Of a stretch of DNA of 64,000 bases, positions 1 to 12,900 are shown in pieces. This DNA is from Acanthaster planci (taxonomy: Eukaryota). The notes below the pieces were generated by a model. The model searched no databases. It saw only the letters and a program-made list of their open reading frames with translations, and was not told the origin of the DNA. The stretch's first letter is position 1; every line of letters starts with the position of its first letter. The position numbers were made by a program, and so were the translations under genes. The stretch covers positions 992,789 to 1,056,788 of the forward strand of contig NW_019091356.1 in NCBI RefSeq assembly GCF_001949145.1, given 5' to 3'.

Positions 1-3000
1 GCACACGGACAGTTGGTACACAATAGCTTCACGCTCTGCTGTGCGCATCATGAACTGCCATTTTGTTTCCAAAATCCGTAGGATGTGCTACTCTCGCTAA
101 ATACATGTCTAGCCCCACATGGTTTGTTGTCTGGATATAGCGTCCGAGTGGCTGGTTGGTATTATTGTTTTGACACACTTCAGTGCAGTGTCAAGACACG
201 TGGAGCATCATATTCATTTCTGTTGTAATGAATTATTCACTGTTGTTGATGGAGTTTTTCTCTTTTGAAACTAGCGGGAGCCAATTTTCAAAAAGTGGTA
301 CCCGGATTTTTCCTGGCGGCCTTTTTGACGTCTCACGATTAATGACTTGTTACTTAGTCTGGAGTGTGCTCAGCTTTTGATGAGTTTGGCACCAGACCAC
401 CAGACCATGAAATGATGATTTCTTTCTTTTTTTTCAATTTTTTTTAACCCATAAAAAGTGTAGAAGTTCATGATTAACCATCTGGTTTGCTTGCATTAGT
501 AGGATCTACACAGTTTTATAACTGTAGTAAGTGCCAATCTTACACACATGATAAAGTTCTTCAGGAGCTGCGAAAGTTCTGCTACTGTCAATCCTGTGAT
601 TGCTCAAGGATCGACAATTCCATTTTTGCATCACAATTGGCATTTTTATTGAAAATTAGTCGCTTTTGTTTGTTTGATGGTCGTTATAAATTTAGAACCT
701 GTCATCAGCCCTACAAAAGTGGTATCCTATGTACGAGGCAATTTTTGACCGGGCTTTGTTTAAAATTTTAGTGATGAATTTTCAGCAGGAGTCATCTTGA
801 GCTCAATTCATGACTTGCCAATACCTTCATTCGGCAGTGAGGCACAGATATTTGCTTACTGCAGAAAATATATACTTAGTAGAAACAGGTTACCAGCTAA
901 AAGTTTATCGAAAATATGTTGCTTCATATGTTACCAGCTAAAAAATTGTGTCATCTATATTACTTTGTACCAGTAATGTTACCAGCTAAATATGAATATA
1001 ATATTGCTTCACTGGTTCCCTGCCGAGTTTGGTTATCAGGAATTCTTGCATAGCAGTTCAAAGAAGTAGGGTCCAATGTCAATTTCTGACGGCATTATGG
1101 TACATGTTGTTTATTTGGTTGGCTGTGTTCTTCTCAAGTGGCCATGTGGAGACAGCAATGTGTTGCATGATCAGAATAGATATGTCGGTGTCGACATGTT
1201 TTACGGTCATGAGGGATTTTAATTTCCCCTCGTCCCTTTCCTCAGGACAGTTTTATTTGGTTGTCCCAAGGAAACAAACTACATATATACACCTCTTTGA
1301 TAATGGAATGAGCAATGTCTCTCTTGGACCATGGAATTGATTGACCTGCTCCTGTAATTGTTGCAACATTTGTGTGTGAGATATGGCACAGTTCTAGGGC
1401 CATTGGAGTACGTGTGGCATGGGTCCCAACTTACCGTAAAGTAAAATCAAATAGTGCCCCTGGGAGTGGTCCCTAGGCCGTGATCTATAGTATAGAAGCT
1501 ACAGCACCATGGCCTTAGATTCACCCTCCCTCTTCCCCTCACTCATCATCTCCTCCCCCCCCACCCCAAGGGGCATTTGACACTGGAGTTGACATTGAAC
1601 TCTCATTAAGAGCATTTGCACAAGACGAGACACTCCAAGCCTTCCTGATCCCTTTCATGGTTACAACTTGATTGGAATTAATTTAGTTTGTAGGAGTATG
1701 ACACCCGGTGCTGTCCCTGAGATAAGAAAGGGCCTGCCCTCCCTGGTTGGGGGGGGAGGAGTTCACCGGAGAAGTTTCAGAAGGGGCGTTGTCAGGATCC
1801 TAGGGGAACGTGAACCAACTGGGCCCTGCACTTTCAGAGATAATCCAGTGTCAGGTCATGTTTAGGGCTTTGGATTGACATCTTGAGTCTCAAACTATTT
1901 TTTTTTGGGGGGGGGACATGTTGCTGAGGGTGAGTAGTGTTTGAGGAGTTCAGTTGTTGGCATCAGTTGTTACAAAAGGGAAATAGTAAGGCAGTGATGA
2001 AGAACACAGGATGAATGAGACCTTGGCATTTGTTGAACTGATCCAGTGGTTGTCGTCAATTCTAGCGGCTCCAATCCTATCAAGGGCACTCTGGGATTGC
2101 CCTACTTTCTTCTGTACCTAAATTAAGTGTCTTTACTCACCACTTTGTGACTTTTTGCTCTGCTTTTTCCCCTAGATGTGTTTGCATTGGTTACATTGTC
2201 ATGGTGTTGGAGATTGCTATGCCATGTAACCTGCTTTCGCTCAGCATTTAAATAAAAAACAAGTTCAGCAGCCTTGTAGATGAACTGGTGGTGGTTCCCA
2301 GTCTACCAATTAGCCTCATTTCAAGCCTGAACTTTGGATAGGGCCACTCAGATCTGCAACCTGTGCTTAATTTCACTGCAGGACAGTAAATAATGGTTCA
2401 GTAAGTGTACATCCGGTGTCAAAAATTGAAAAAAAGAAAGAAAGCAGAACAAGCCATTCCACAGGGGTGCAGTTTTTTGCTGTCGTTCTTTAACTGACAA
2501 GCAGGATTTTTCTTCCATGCTCAGTGACTTTGCCTGACATTTTCCCCAGTTTGTACTGTAGAGTCGCTGATGTGAAACCGGTGCCCGGCTTCTCACCCTA
2601 TTAAAATAATCATGTGTCTTTGTACAGCATGTTAATCGTTGCGCTTGGCAGACAGCGGTAACAACCATCTAAAATATTGCTCTTTTTGGACCCATTTTTT
2701 TCATTTTCTTTTTGAAGATTGCCGTGTAAACATTTACAGATGAGTTATTACTATATTTACAAAAGAAAACAAAGGAAATCTATTTATGGTGGATGATATT
2801 TCATGTCACAGATAACTGAACATTCAAAGCCTGGTGGGTTTTTTGTTTGTCTGCACATGAATACCGGCATCTGTTTCCTCACTTATTATACTTTTTCCCT
2901 GATGCTTCTGAAAGAGAAGAGAAGGCTAAAGAAATTGATCTTTTTTTTTCTTTCTGGAAACAACTTGACTTGGAAAATGCTGAGATCTCACAAAGAGCCC

Positions 3001-6000
3001 TGTGTGCTCTCATTTGCTTGTGACCTTGCTTTTCTGCTCTTGCCATTTTGAAAAGTTTCATGATCAGAAAGATTTGGAACTTTCCTACACGTTGGTGTTC
3101 CTCACCAACTCACGAGTGATTCTCCTAACTCCAGACACAGTGCTTAGCAAGTTTAAGCATTCCAAGAAATATTTGATTTGCTCTGTGACACCTGTTTATC
3201 TTGTTTGTATCATTAATTTCCAAATTGCCATGGCAATAGATGGGAGGGATTATAGTTGGATGCGAACTTAGAGATCTGACTCTAATAATGTCATTTCCTT
3301 GAGCTTGCCACATGCGTCAACATTTTAGACTTCAAATGTTCATGGCATGCATCGGCTTTGGGTCAACACAGGTGTGCCTTTTTAAAACCATTGCACACAG
3401 CGCGCATATGCTCCTTACGCGGTTGTAATGTTTCTACAAAGATGGGGTCCTATCTGTTAGGAATGACATTATAATTTCATATCATCCATAGAGTTGCTCC
3501 AGTACTTGGTAATGTGAAACTGTTTATCTGCCTGAATGTTCGTTGCATTGTGTAATAGCTTACTGCTTCTGACGTCATGATGCTAGCTGTTATTCTGATG
3601 AAATGCGAGGCAGCTGACTTGGAATCTCTTAAAAGGGACAAATATTCAATGTAATGCTAGAGGGACTTTGCATGGGAAAGGTGTAATGACATGTAAATAT
3701 ATGACTGCTGGCAAACGTTGTGTAAGAAGTCACACATTCTCGGTCTCTGCTGTGCCCGTAGGAAAGCATAGAAGGCGCTAAATCGATATACGCACATCAC
3801 CCATGTACATGGAGTTATTACCTGAATGCAGGAAATGTGTCGGAAGCCTCTTGTCCCCTCCCTCCCCTTGCGCTTTGTAACAGTGACAACAAGAGCACCG
3901 ATGACAAACGATGAAACTGGTTGTACGTGAACATTGCGCGTCATGCACAAAGTGTAGCTTTATTGTCAATTTGTATGCAAGGCTTACTGTCCAATATTGC
4001 GGCGGGTGAAATGGTGAGCGTTAAGTGGGTGTTTTATTGCTCGGAAGGCACCACCTTGAAGAAACCTCATACATTCCCATCACACCTTTCCAGTCCGATA
4101 GCGGAAAATGTTTGTCTCTTACAGGCTGCAGTATTTAGGAATGCAGGCTGCAGATGAACCAGAACATCTGAGAAGTAGATCTGATTCCTGGAAATTCTTG
4201 ACCCTTCATAAATTAATCCAATAGTCAACCCCTTCTCCTGTTATTTGTTATACTTTAGACAGACTCACAGCATTCTCTTTAGCGATTAGAGTGAAAAACA
4301 AACTTGTCTTTATATCTTACAAATGAGGAAAAATAGCACTGTTTTAACTTTTGGAAATGTGTTTGTTGCTGTTTGTGTTACCCATTTCAACTTCTCCGTG
4401 TTCTTATTGGCTAAGCCATCATACACATCGACGGTGTGTGTGTTCTTGTGGATATTTAAATGAAGTTGACCCTGCAGGGTTAGGGACATGCTGGCCAATC
4501 TCTGGCTGTTTAGGGAGACAGGGCCCCTAGACTTCATTCCAATTTCACGAGAGGAAATATAAGTGATTAATCATTGGTTTGTGCATGCGGCAGATGTTGT
4601 GTGGACGGATACTTTTGAGTTCTCTGTTTGCTCAGACTGAATGCTGCCCTCTGTTGAGGCAATTCAAGCCAGTTACCAATAACAACCTTGGTATGTGCAT
4701 GAAGTGAACAGGTCAACATACAAAGGCTAAAAATAACCGCCAAAAGATGATGTCAAATATGCAGAGAAATAAGAAGCTTGACTCTGAGTGTCCCTTTGTG
4801 CAATGAAGACACATGAAAACTCTTTGTTGATGTAGAAAGACTGTCGACCGAGCATTATAATAGATGTTCCTCACAGCAGGTGGGGGATGTGACAGTGACC
4901 TGACTCTTTCCTCCCCCTTCCCCACTTGGCTGCCCTTTGTCATGCTCCAGCGATCTCACATGACCATCCCCATCTTTCTCCTCAACTCTCCATAGACTCG
5001 CTGTTTTGTCCGACTTCTGGAATGAAAATCCATGTCGTCTATCTTGTCAGGTTACTTCATGTTGTACAATTACATGCATGAATAATTTGTAAAATAATGG
5101 CTTCAAATGACATTTTAGGGAAACTCTCCTTTTGAAATTTGCAACAACGGTGATTTTCATTAAAATCGAGCTGGCTCCTTGCTAATCTAACTGCTGGTGC
5201 ATTGCGAAATGGAAACGTTCACTGACGCCAGAGAGATATAAACCATTAATCCCCAATTAAAAAAGCGTACTATTGTTGTTTTATGTTTGTCTCTGACTTT
5301 CACTTGATACTGGTGGTTGGCATTTCCTGGTTGAAGTTACACACAAGCTTGATATGATTTGTTCCAATCAAAAATGTATGATATTGCAGTCAAGCTCCCG
5401 TTAACATTTGCTGGAGGCTTTTCCAGCTATGAGCAAACTTACTTTTTGTTGGCAAAGATGGCAGCTAAACCTTAGCGTACATTTACATCAGAAGACACGT
5501 TTACCGATTAAAATTCCCTGTTGAAAAGAAATGCAATGATACACAAATATTCATAAAAATATTCATGATTTTGTAGCCAAACTCCATTTGATAGTAGCTG
5601 TCAAATTATCACATGTACCCAAATTACTTTCTAGAATTGCTTTAACGTCACTTTTTTTTTATATTACAGCAGCTCAGGCATTAGGCATTGGCCTTAGATT
5701 CTCTGCGATCTATTTTTCCCGTCTTACAATCATTAACAGTTAGTCTAAATTGTCAGTGAAGTGGAGAGACGTAGGCTGTCGATCCTTTCTCTGTCCTGGT
5801 CAGAAAATTCGAAGTCTCAAAGGACCGTGACAGTGCTTTGCATAGCAAAATAAACTTGTGCTTGAAAGTTGGACATGTGCCAGTTCTGTCTAAAACGCTT
5901 TGCCAGTCCAATCTAAGGTGCAAAATGTTGGAGCAAATGTCAATTCAATTTTGCTTGTGAAGTATGCCGACCTGTCTGATTTCACATTCAACATGACAAT

Positions 6001-7518
6001 TTGAAGTTCTTTGGCAGGTTTTTCTGCTCTTACGGTCTATAGTGCTATTAGGCTGTGAGTCTTGTGTTAAACCTCAGAATGTCATCTCTGAGTCTTTTGG
6101 ATAGAGGATGCAATTGTGTGCCTACATGCACATTACACTTGCAACATTTAAAAGGATTGGTTTTATTTATGAGCTTAGAGACTTTTTATTTAGAGACTTT
6201 TTTATTTTTACATGTTTGTAATTCCTACCTAAGAATGATTTTTTCATGACAAAAGACCCACATTTTTTTAGCTGTAAAAAATGCTTTTTGGTGAGTTTGT
6301 TCATTATACTGTTTAGTGTCAGTCTGAGTTCATGTGAACCTAACAATTTGAATTCTCCACAGGAAAGATACTGTTGTTATACTTTGTGATTCAGGGTAAG
6401 CTTTTGCTTAGTTCCATAAGAGACGCCTTGCAACAGTACACTGTTCTCAATGGATAAGAAGGACACAAAGGAACCTGTCCATTCCAGAGATGGTGGTCGC
6501 TATGCAAAAGCTTGCCCCGAATCACAAGGTATAGCAACGGTGTCTTTAGTTTGCAGAATTCAAATTGTTATGTTTATGTGCAATCAGACAGCTCAGCATA
6601 TCAGATTTTATTCACGTTTAACTCGCAAAAGGCTTATTGGGTGCACTACAATTTATGCGTGTGATAAATAATCCATAGTGTTGCATTAAATAAGCAGGCA
6701 GGTAGTCCTGAACACAAGACGGTAGTCCTTTCACTGATGAACACTCGGACACCGGTTGACTAAATGTAATGAGACCATGATTGATGCTACACGGCAAAGA
6801 AATAGCTCATTTACATAATTCCCGTCCCATTCTCGGAGGAGGTCAGCGAGGAGAGAAAGAGGGGGGGGATGGAGAAGGAAGCAGAGTTGGCCACGTCATG
6901 GGTTCATTGCTGGGCATTGGCACGTCCAGGTTGTTTTTTGTCGTCATCGGTCGGCAGAGTGGATGAATGAATAGAGAGATAGGACCGTCGGCTCCTATTG
7001 GCTCATGGGTTGATATTGCAGTAATGTCCATGAAAGCGTAAAGGCCATGTCTTCTGCTTGAGCGAATCCATTTTGTGTGCGTGGCGTAATCAAAGATGTA
7101 TCTGTTTATGCCCTCTTGTGGAAAGCATTGTTGTTTTTTTTCCTCACACTTTCTCCTTTTTTGTTGTTGATGTAGCTTTGAAGCATAATTTCCCCCCACC
7201 CTCCATTTGAGCAGGTTGAAATATGGGTTACAACACTGAAGGTTGAGTTTAAATTGTTAGAAGGAAAGATTGAAAAGACAGTCAATCTATCAATCCGAGT
7301 CCAAGCAGTCTGGCTGTTTTTGGTCAGACAAAAATGGGGGCAGTTTTTTTTGAATTTCTGCTGGTTGGTTGATTGTCCAACTTGCAGTTCATTCACCTGG
7401 AATATTAATGTCCAATGTGAGAATTTACGATGGTATAATATTAATTTGTATGCAGCGGAACTGGAAACGTGTTTTTGAACTGAAGTAGAGTAAGGTGATA
7501 TTGAAAAAAGGAAGCACT

Positions 7519-7800
7519 TCCCAAAAAGGAGCATGAATTGACTTGATGCCTTGGAAGTCTGTCTCCTAAGCTGAAATTCGTAAAGAGGTACCTCCCCAAA
7601 AAAGGAGCATGAATTGACTTGATGCCTTGGAAGTCTGTCTCCTGAGCTGAAATTCGTAAAGAGGTACCTCCCCAAAAAGGAGCATGAATTGACTTGATGC
7701 CTTGGAAGTCTGTCTCCTGAGCTGAAATTCGTAAAGAGGTACCTCCCCAAAAAGGAGCATGAATTGACTTGATGCCTTGGAAGTCTGTCTCCTAAGCTGA
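7519..7800. repeat. Minisatellite, 75-bp unit, about 3.7 near-identical copies
   Basis: gcatgaattgacttgatgccttggaagtctgtctcct starts at 7531, 7607, 7682 and 7757 (spacing 76, 75, 75). Confidence 0.97.
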
Positions 7801-9940
7801 GAACTGGAGTGGTTGACAGTAGAAATAAATAAAAAATACCCTGTTTTTCTTGTACTGAGAGCAATGCACATTTTTTTAAAGAAAACTTCGAGAATTGCAC
7901 TATGTTTTTGGAGATTTGATTTTGTTTCAAAAATGTGGACGATTACTTCTGGTGCTTAATGGTAATTCAACCAAATGAGAGTATTTATAAACTTCTTTAG
8001 TCCCCCTTAGAAAGGTTAATGGTCATCAGAGTTGTCAAAAACCCTCTAAGCAATTTTACTTTGCTTTTCTGGAGGCCTGCATCGGATCGCATAATGGCTT
8101 AAGGTGAGGAAAGAATGAAAAAAAAAATAGTATTAGAGATCAGCGCCACCCACTGCTGACTTTAACACCATCGTGTGACAAATGGCCACTTGCACACAGA
8201 CAGCCAGTCGCTGTGGAGTGTGAACGGGTCTGGAAAAGTGCACTGATGAAGACACAACAACTCTCTCCTCCACTAAATAACAAAAAAAATTGAGTTGTAA
8301 ATCTCGGGGGCAAATGTTAAGAGCTCTGGTTTAAGTGTCAGTGTTTGGGTCATAATGTTTGATCTTGTGATACAGGCTGTAATGGGATATATCAAGAAGG
8401 GCAGCTGAACTTCGTGTCTTGTTTTTTTTTTTTTTTGCTTTAAGGTCTGTATGTGTCAAAATGTACTTTTAGGATTTTTCTCTTATTACCCTCTCGCACT
8501 CGAGTAGTACTAGTACGAGTCAAGGTGCAAGACATTGTTTTTCTCCACAGAAAATGCAACATTTGATGACAGTCAATGTTTTGGTGAAATTGAGCCCCAA
8601 ATTTTTGGGCCTTAAAATATGACACTTTCTCCCATTTAGAGTTTCTCTGTGAAAATAGTTTGCAATCCTGCTGAGATCAACCTTGTTTAGTTGTTAGTGT
8701 GAGAGTTTAAAGTTCAAGCCTTCGCCAACTACCGAAAGCAGAATTTGCAAATTGAAATCTCCTGGAGTAGGCTTGTCAAATGTTTCATGCCTGTGCCAAG
8801 CTGCTGGTTACATTAATTGACAGGAGTCTCATGTTAACCCTAACCCACATACCATTTCCAGGCAGAAGTTCTTTCCGGTGCCTTAATCAGCTGCAATATC
8901 GTGACCTTGTAATTGTCTCCCGCCTCTCTCTCCCAATAAATCAGAATCTGTCATAAAGCTTTGGAACGACATCCCTGCGGACAGGTCTCTGTCTCAACTG
9001 ATGTTAATCCAAACGGTCAGTTATGATGTGGCGGGGGAAGGGTTGGTGTGAGGTCAGATCAAAATTGGCGTCAGCCTGACTGGAGCTGTTGACCATTTGT
9101 GGGACTGCATTTTGGTTCTTCGCCAATTTGCTTATTGCTTGGTACTGCTGATACATAGAGAAGGTGCTGTGTTATCTACTAGTTATGTGTCTAGTGCCTT
9201 ATTTTTGGGGTTTATTTTTGTTTTCCCCTCTAGTTTCTGTCTTCCTTTCAAGGATCTGAATGTCTGACCCTTAGACCATATTGCTGACTTGCAGACAGCT
9301 AGAAGATTTATTTATGGAGATGATAAGCTGGGCACAAAGTCCTCCTTTGCCGGTTACTTTGGTCTGCACTGGAGCATCTGTTGTTTTTCCTTCTCGCTGG
9401 TCATTAGGTGCACTGGTCTTTAACTGCTCACCTATTGATTTCCACTGGCAAAGGGTTCGAGGTTTCTGTCTGATGCACTTTATCAAAATTGCCAATCACG
9501 TTCTGTTTTTGAAACAAAAACGTTCAAAATGTACAGTTGTATTTCATATACAACATGTCTTAAAATTTATTAAGAAGAAAAATGTAATACCAAACTGCTG
9601 CAAACTGCTTGCTGACTACGATGACCTAAAATACAAATCACAAAATATGGAGGGCCTGATGTTTCGATTCTAGCGGAATCTTTGTCAAAGGCAAAATGAC
9701 AAGTGGACAGGACAAACAAGCAAACAGAGAATCAACCAAGCATGGATGAATGCAAGAGGACAAAAGGAAAGGTCAAGAAAGCTGCAGGCTGGATAAAGGG
9801 GAAAAGGTTAAAGGTGACTGCATGAAAGGCATGGTTGAATAACAAAAAGCATGTGAGGTGGGAAGAGATCAAAGAAAAAAATACAATGGATGGAACTGGA
9901 CCCCAAGTAGGAGGGCCCTCTGCCCACCTGGGGTCATTTT

Positions 9941-9980
9941 GCCTGTGAGAAAGATTCTGCTAGGGTCGAAACGTTAGGTC
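9941..9980 (+). mobile_element. Penelope-like element terminal relic with a degenerate minimal hammerhead ribozyme motif
   Basis: cct-gtgagaaa-[gattct gct agggtc]-gaaac-gtt-agg: short stem I, stem II hairpin, GAAAC and palindromic AACGTT stem III. The core deviates from CUGANGA. Confidence 0.5.
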
Positions 9981-12900
9981 CTCCATATTTTAAGAAGAAA
10001 AATAGTGCAATATCAAAGGAGTTTTTGTCTCAAGGCATCTTTGGATGATGCCTTAGTTATTTTCACCGAACAAGAATCACGAAACCACAAGCATTTGAAA
10101 TAAAAACCTTGTGCCTTCTTTTACATTGCAAAATTAACGTGCAAGATAGACCGTGAGAATATTTCAGGGAGATTCAATTACGAGGAACCACCTTAACGCG
10201 GCTGAAGCTGGGAGAGGGGGGGAGGAGTTTAAGAGGGGGGGATCATGTTGCTGATAAGCATTTGGCTCAGTTTCTTTTGCAGTCAATCGAACCAGAAAAC
10301 CTTCTTTGATGAGGTCCGTAATATTCTGGAGACCAAGCGGAAATGCTGCTTTGTGGTCTCATTTGGTCAGGACCAAGTGTGCTACTCCTGTTATACAGAG
10401 AGGCACGGTTCATCAACGTATTAATGTGCGAGGCAGACAGTTGGTTTGGAGAATGCCACCACAATGTCCTTTGAGGCTTATGGTCTCTCCCTGTCCATCT
10501 CTGTATTCATTGGACAGTCTCACATCAGGTGACTTCCTTGGATGTCCATGGAGGATACCAGGATAACAATTATGCTGGGGGGGTCGATGACCGGTAGCAA
10601 GGTAACCATTGAAATATGGAGAGCCAGTCTTTCTTCTGACAGGTGCACTGTGTTATGCATGGATAGCAGTAACGGCATCCAATTGTTTGTTTTTCCCATC
10701 CTTTGCTTGTAGGTTTTTTTTTACGGCAGTCATGTTAAAATTGGAATTAAATTTCTCATCTAGTCATTGTGCCACCAATGGAGCTCACTCCATCTGGTTT
10801 CACTGGTGTACGTGTGGTTTCCTGGTACCCATGCCATTAACGATAAGCATGATTGTGGAACATGTGCTGTTGTACTTTTCACCTTTGTACATGGACTAGT
10901 TCCTTTGTAAGAGGTGTAATTTAACAAGAGGCTCTTTGAGCAGTTAAAAGGTTTGTTGTCAAGATCAACGAAGGTATGTTAGGAGAAACGTGGTTGTTTT
11001 CTCGCTGCTCACTTCCAGTGTTTGTACTTCCAAGAACAGATGGGAGATGAAAATTGGACATTACGACCTTGCCTGTTGGACCAGTGTTGATACTTACATA
11101 TTTCCTTTCTTGAAATAGCAGCAAACAATATTTCAAGTTTCCTGTAACACTTAAACTATCCTCCCTGACAACAAAAGCCGTAAATCAGGTTCTTATTCAA
11201 CGTGCTTGAATCGACCAGGCCGCGTTTCCTTCTTCAGCCCCCCTTCAGTGTTTCTCGCTTGTAATTGACAGAAAAGCATTTCTTTAAATTGTGTCTCCAG
11301 ATAACATTTCCAGTTTGCTTTTGCAAGGTCAATTTGACCATGCCTTATCCAATGAAGTCACAATGTTTTGACTTTCCTTGTGTCTATTGTAAAAATTTAA
11401 TCCTGGGTAAATGGATGTGTCTAGAATTGGCCCTGCGCCAAAAGCAGATAATTCCACTTTGTGGATTTTTACTATCTCCAGCTGGCCATATCAGACAGAG
11501 ATGTTTTTCAAATACCGTCTGTTGTGCTGCAAGGCTCATAAACTGCATCTAGTTCTCGTTATTTTAGGACCCTCTCACATCAGTTCCCATGTGTACGTCC
11601 CTTTTCCCAGTTTTCATGTCCTCACTTTGGATGTTACAGAACTGAATTTATCTTCTTGAAGTGACAAGTGGCCACTTTGCCAATCGTAAGGGCTGTTTCA
11701 TTATTCATGTGTACTGTGAGCTTTTAAATTCCTCTTTCTGGCGATATTTAAATCCACCTGCCTGTAGAAATTGTCTGATTCATCCTTATTGATCCTCTCA
11801 ATCCCCACTTCTAATTCATCTCTCGGTAATGGAATCGAACAAAGAGCCAAAATAGTGATCGACAATAAAGACTGACTGTCTGGGGGGAAAACAGAACAAG
11901 ATAGAAAAAAAAAATGAAATTGAAAAGTGGCTCCAATTTTGTACTGCTAATTTGTATCTAATTGGCCGTTAAGACTTTTAAAAGACTAAAGATATTGTGG
12001 GACCTTGTGTCTTGCGGTGTCCAATCGACCGTTCAGCGCACAGGCAGACAGTTGGGCTTCTATATATGGGGTCTCCATTCAGTAACCCAGGATCCCTGGC
12101 ACCACCTCGACTATCGTAAAAATGTATAAAAAAACTCTGCTTCCAGTAGTCTGTGGTGACGGAACAGAAAAAAAAATTAAGCTGTTGTTCACTTTGTTTG
12201 AAGTATTTGCTGGTTTTTTTTTTTCTAATGGGGGAATGTTTTGTGTGCAGTCATCATGCCTCATTAGTCAAGCATAACTCCGCATTGTCGGCAGTGAAGT
12301 TCCAAGAGCTTTTGTTTTGCCCATTGAAAAAAGGCTGGTACCATATTATAGCCGAAACATGTCTGCTGTATAGTCCTGAATGGTGGTTGCACTATACACT
12401 GACATTGTCTGTGGTCTGTTGATATACAGTGTCAATGTTCTCCCGAGGACTACTATGGATCATTGAGTCTTGTGTGAGCAATTTTTTTTTATTTCGTCAT
12501 TCTTTCTTACAAATGCCCACAGATAATACCCAGGCTGTGTTTCCTGGACTTTGACCCTTGTCTTTTTCTTGTTTTCTCAAATATTTTCGCCTAGTAGCAA
12601 CACTTTCCTTTTCCTTCATAAATTTTATTTTTTTGTCATGACTTGTTTGGGGACTACAGTTCTAACTGCCTCACCAAAGACAGTCACTGCTTTTTGGTTT
12701 GTAGCAAAAAACCACCTCCTCATCCAGAAAGGCCAAACTTGGTCTTTATATCATTTTTGAACCAGTTCAATTGTCATCAGCCAATCATATTACCTGTCTG
12801 GTGCTTAAACCCTCTCTTGTAAGCTGTTTAAAGAATTTCCCCTCACCATGAGTTTGGAAACCGGACCATGAGAACCCCTCGTTAATCATTTAGAAAAATC

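Noticed and set aside
889..990. CRISPR-like repeat-spacer pattern
   Set aside because: Only three 13-bp repeats with uneven, partly homologous spacers, no cas genes, and a eukaryotic intron-containing context.
1790..2360. Possible solo LTR (starts TGTCAGGA, internal AATAAA)
   Set aside because: Could not identify a matching CA terminus, TSD or second copy.
7106..7930. 274-aa minus-strand ORF
   Set aside because: Produced by the 75-bp minisatellite; flanks are low-information and match no domain I recognise.
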